7,041 nucleotides of DNA from IMG/VR virus record IMGVR_UViG_2778261502_000011. One strand, given 5' to 3'. The position numbers and the translations under genes were made by a program. Shown piece after piece: positions 5,931 through 7,041 of the stretch (the first letter of the stretch is position 1; each line of letters opens with the position of its first letter). This DNA is from a virus. Lineage: Duplodnaviria; Heunggongvirae; Uroviricota; Caudoviricetes. The notes below the pieces were generated by a model. The model ran no database searches, was not told the DNA's origin, and worked only from the letters and a program-made list of their open reading frames with translations.

Positions 5931-7041
5931 CATCACCTCTGCTATTTTTCTCTGCTATTTCAGAACCTATAAGCTTAATATGTTTATTGATTCTTCGTGC
6001 TACTTCATGAGCCTGTCTATCATACTCTACTGTGGCAACCATGCCTGCTGCATCTATCAAAGCCGCTTCAACTTGATAAAGTAACTGGAGAAAGTCCTTA
6101 GTAATATCAGATGTCAATTGGTAGGCCACTGCGAGTGGAGCCCCCATTCGGAATTGCTCCAATGCCTTAGGGCTACTGACAACAGCAGCTAATTCTCTTA
6201 AATTACGTGACTCTCCAACACGAGTTTTTTTATCCTCACCTTTTTTATATAACCACTCAGTTAGCTCTTTTATTTCTTTGTTCTTTAAGCTATTAGAGTT
6301 GATAATAGGATGACTTGGTATTGTGTCTCCATCGTCTTCGATTGAAACTCCGACAAATTGGCCTAACCGCTCATCAGCAAGTGCTGTTGATAATACTGAA
6401 AATTTAATCGTTTCTTCATCTAGTTTTTCAATACCATAAAAATCATTTTCTTTAATGATTTCATACACCGCTAAAGCGTCTAGGTTACGCTTGATATGAT
6501 CCCTACGACTGCCAATAGCTCTGGCAACCTCATAGTAGCGTAGCATCGGATCCTGATTTGCATTGGTATAATCAAAAAGCTGTTTAATATATCGAGCTTT
6601 TGATAAGGGCTCCCATTGTTTGACACCAGTAATATGTCTGAAACCAAGATACGGAAGAATCTCTTCTCTTGTTTGGCGCTCAATGACAGGAACACGATCG
6701 ACTGTATGTTTTGCATTTGATGCAATTTCTCGTAGTCGAGCACTTGGATTTTCACATAGTGTCGGATCGCGTAATAATTTAACTGCGGATAGGCGACGGT
6801 TTCCTTCAACTACAATGTACTTCCCCGGCGCGACACTGTCAGGAATGACAATCAATGGTTCTCCAGGGAAAAAACCATTTTCCGCAATAGCACTCATTAG
6901 ATCTTCGATAGATGTTGAGGTTGCTATGTAGTTAATCATTCCCAATTGGTCACGAGACACGCCTTCAGGAAGTCTTGGGTTTTCTGTGTCAAGTTCCAAA
7001 TCATCTAGCGGAACATAAAGTATTTCTGAATCAGCAATCAT
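5920..7041 (-). CDS. ParB/Spo0J-family protein (ParB N-terminal domain plus HTH) with an uncharacterised C-terminal extension of about 180 aa
   Basis: 373-aa minus-strand ORF whose ATG is the reverse complement of 7039-7041, at the window edge. The N-terminal ~90 residues fit the ParB N-terminal domain pattern: ENPR (res 20-23), SIEDLMSAIAENGFFPGEPLIVIP (box I-like) and YIVVEGNRRLSAVKLL (GxRR arginine patch, nt 6784-6807). A box III-like VIERQTREEIL and an HTH-like YYEVARAIGSRRDHIKRNLDAL (res ~168-192) follow, resembling the Spo0J recognition helix region. No HNH or other nuclease motif was recognised in the C-terminal part. Confidence 0.8.
   Translation of the reverse strand: MIADSEILYVPLDDLELDTENPRLPEGVSRDQLGMINYIATSTSIEDLMSAIAENGFFPGEPLIVIPDSVAPGKYIVVEGNRRLSAVKLLRDPTLCENPSARLREIASNAKHTVDRVPVIERQTREEILPYLGFRHITGVKQWEPLSKARYIKQLFDYTNANQDPMLRYYEVARAIGSRRDHIKRNLDALAVYEIIKENDFYGIEKLDEETIKFSVLSTALADERLGQFVGVSIEDDGDTIPSHPIINSNSLKNKEIKELTEWLYKKGEDKKTRVGESRNLRELAAVVSSPKALEQFRMGAPLAVAYQLTSDITKDFLQLLYQVEAALIDAAGMVATVEYDRQAHEVARRINKHIKLIGSEIAEKNSRGDDDF

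Larger units (their letters stand above)
1..7041. mobile_element. Partial P2-like prophage: int-C / cox-B-orf80-83-A(remnant) module plus downstream variable cargo region
   Basis: Gene order, orientation and sizes match the P2 int-C-cox-B-A region (integrase and repressor leftward, cox/B/A operon rightward). Int, C, Cox and the A N-terminus resemble the P2 proteins as I remember them. The window starts at the int stop codon, so the attachment site would lie just outside. Confidence 0.8.

Noticed and set aside
5452-6084. Plus-strand ORFs 5452..5850, 5642..5854 and 5860..6084
   Set aside because: Antisense to the minus-strand cargo genes; their serine/leucine-rich low-complexity translations are typical of reverse-strand reading of AT-rich coding DNA.
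6480-6931. ORFs 6480..6809 (-) and 6620..6931 (+) inside the ParB-like gene
   Set aside because: Alternative-frame or antisense ORFs within a gene whose main frame carries ordered ParB motifs; no independent support.
4941-7041. Minus-strand operon as a plasmid-type ParAB partition cassette
   Set aside because: The partner protein has no Walker A (GxxxxGK[ST]) ATPase motif, the gene order is ParB-like first, and the location is a prophage cargo slot rather than a replicon origin region.
5920-7041. ParB-like protein as a GmrSD/DUF262-type Type IV restriction enzyme
   Set aside because: The EGNRRL motif superficially resembles DGQQR, but the protein also has box III-like and Spo0J-like HTH segments and no HNH/DUF1524-type C-terminal motif that I can see. 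This is left open for profile searches rather than asserted.
1-7041. CRISPR arrays, tRNA/rRNA genes, IS elements and att core
   Set aside because: No regularly spaced direct repeats, no tRNA-like cloverleaf-encoding segment, and no terminal inverted repeats with a transposase were seen. The attachment site is expected just outside the left window edge and cannot be assessed.

Overview
The window reads as the lysogeny/early-replication arm of a P2-like (Peduovirus-type) prophage, probably enterobacterial, followed by a foreign-looking cargo block. Left to right: integrase and a C-type immunity repressor on the minus strand; a face-to-face promoter/operator switch region; then a plus-strand early operon (cox, a small ORF, replication gene B, four small ORFs including a TraR/DksA-type zinc-finger protein) with tightly coupled stop/start overlaps. 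Replication gene A is present only as a remnant: about 85 N-terminal codons are fused, with a frameshift, to about 12 C-terminal codons, so the prophage is most likely replication-defective. Immediately downstream, where P2 itself carries tin/old, sits a visibly AT-richer three-gene block. It comprises a plus-strand C5-cytosine DNA methyltransferase converging on a minus-strand, translationally coupled two-gene operon. That operon encodes a ParB/Spo0J-family protein with a long uncharacterised C-terminal extension, and a 331-aa protein in which I recognise no motifs. I consider this block the best candidate for a previously undescribed, possibly methylation-linked, phage-defence or exclusion module. 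Gene boundaries and motifs are read directly from the sequence; P2 homologies are from memory of the P2 proteins, and all functional roles for the cargo are inference. No rRNA, tRNA, CRISPR array or IS element was seen.
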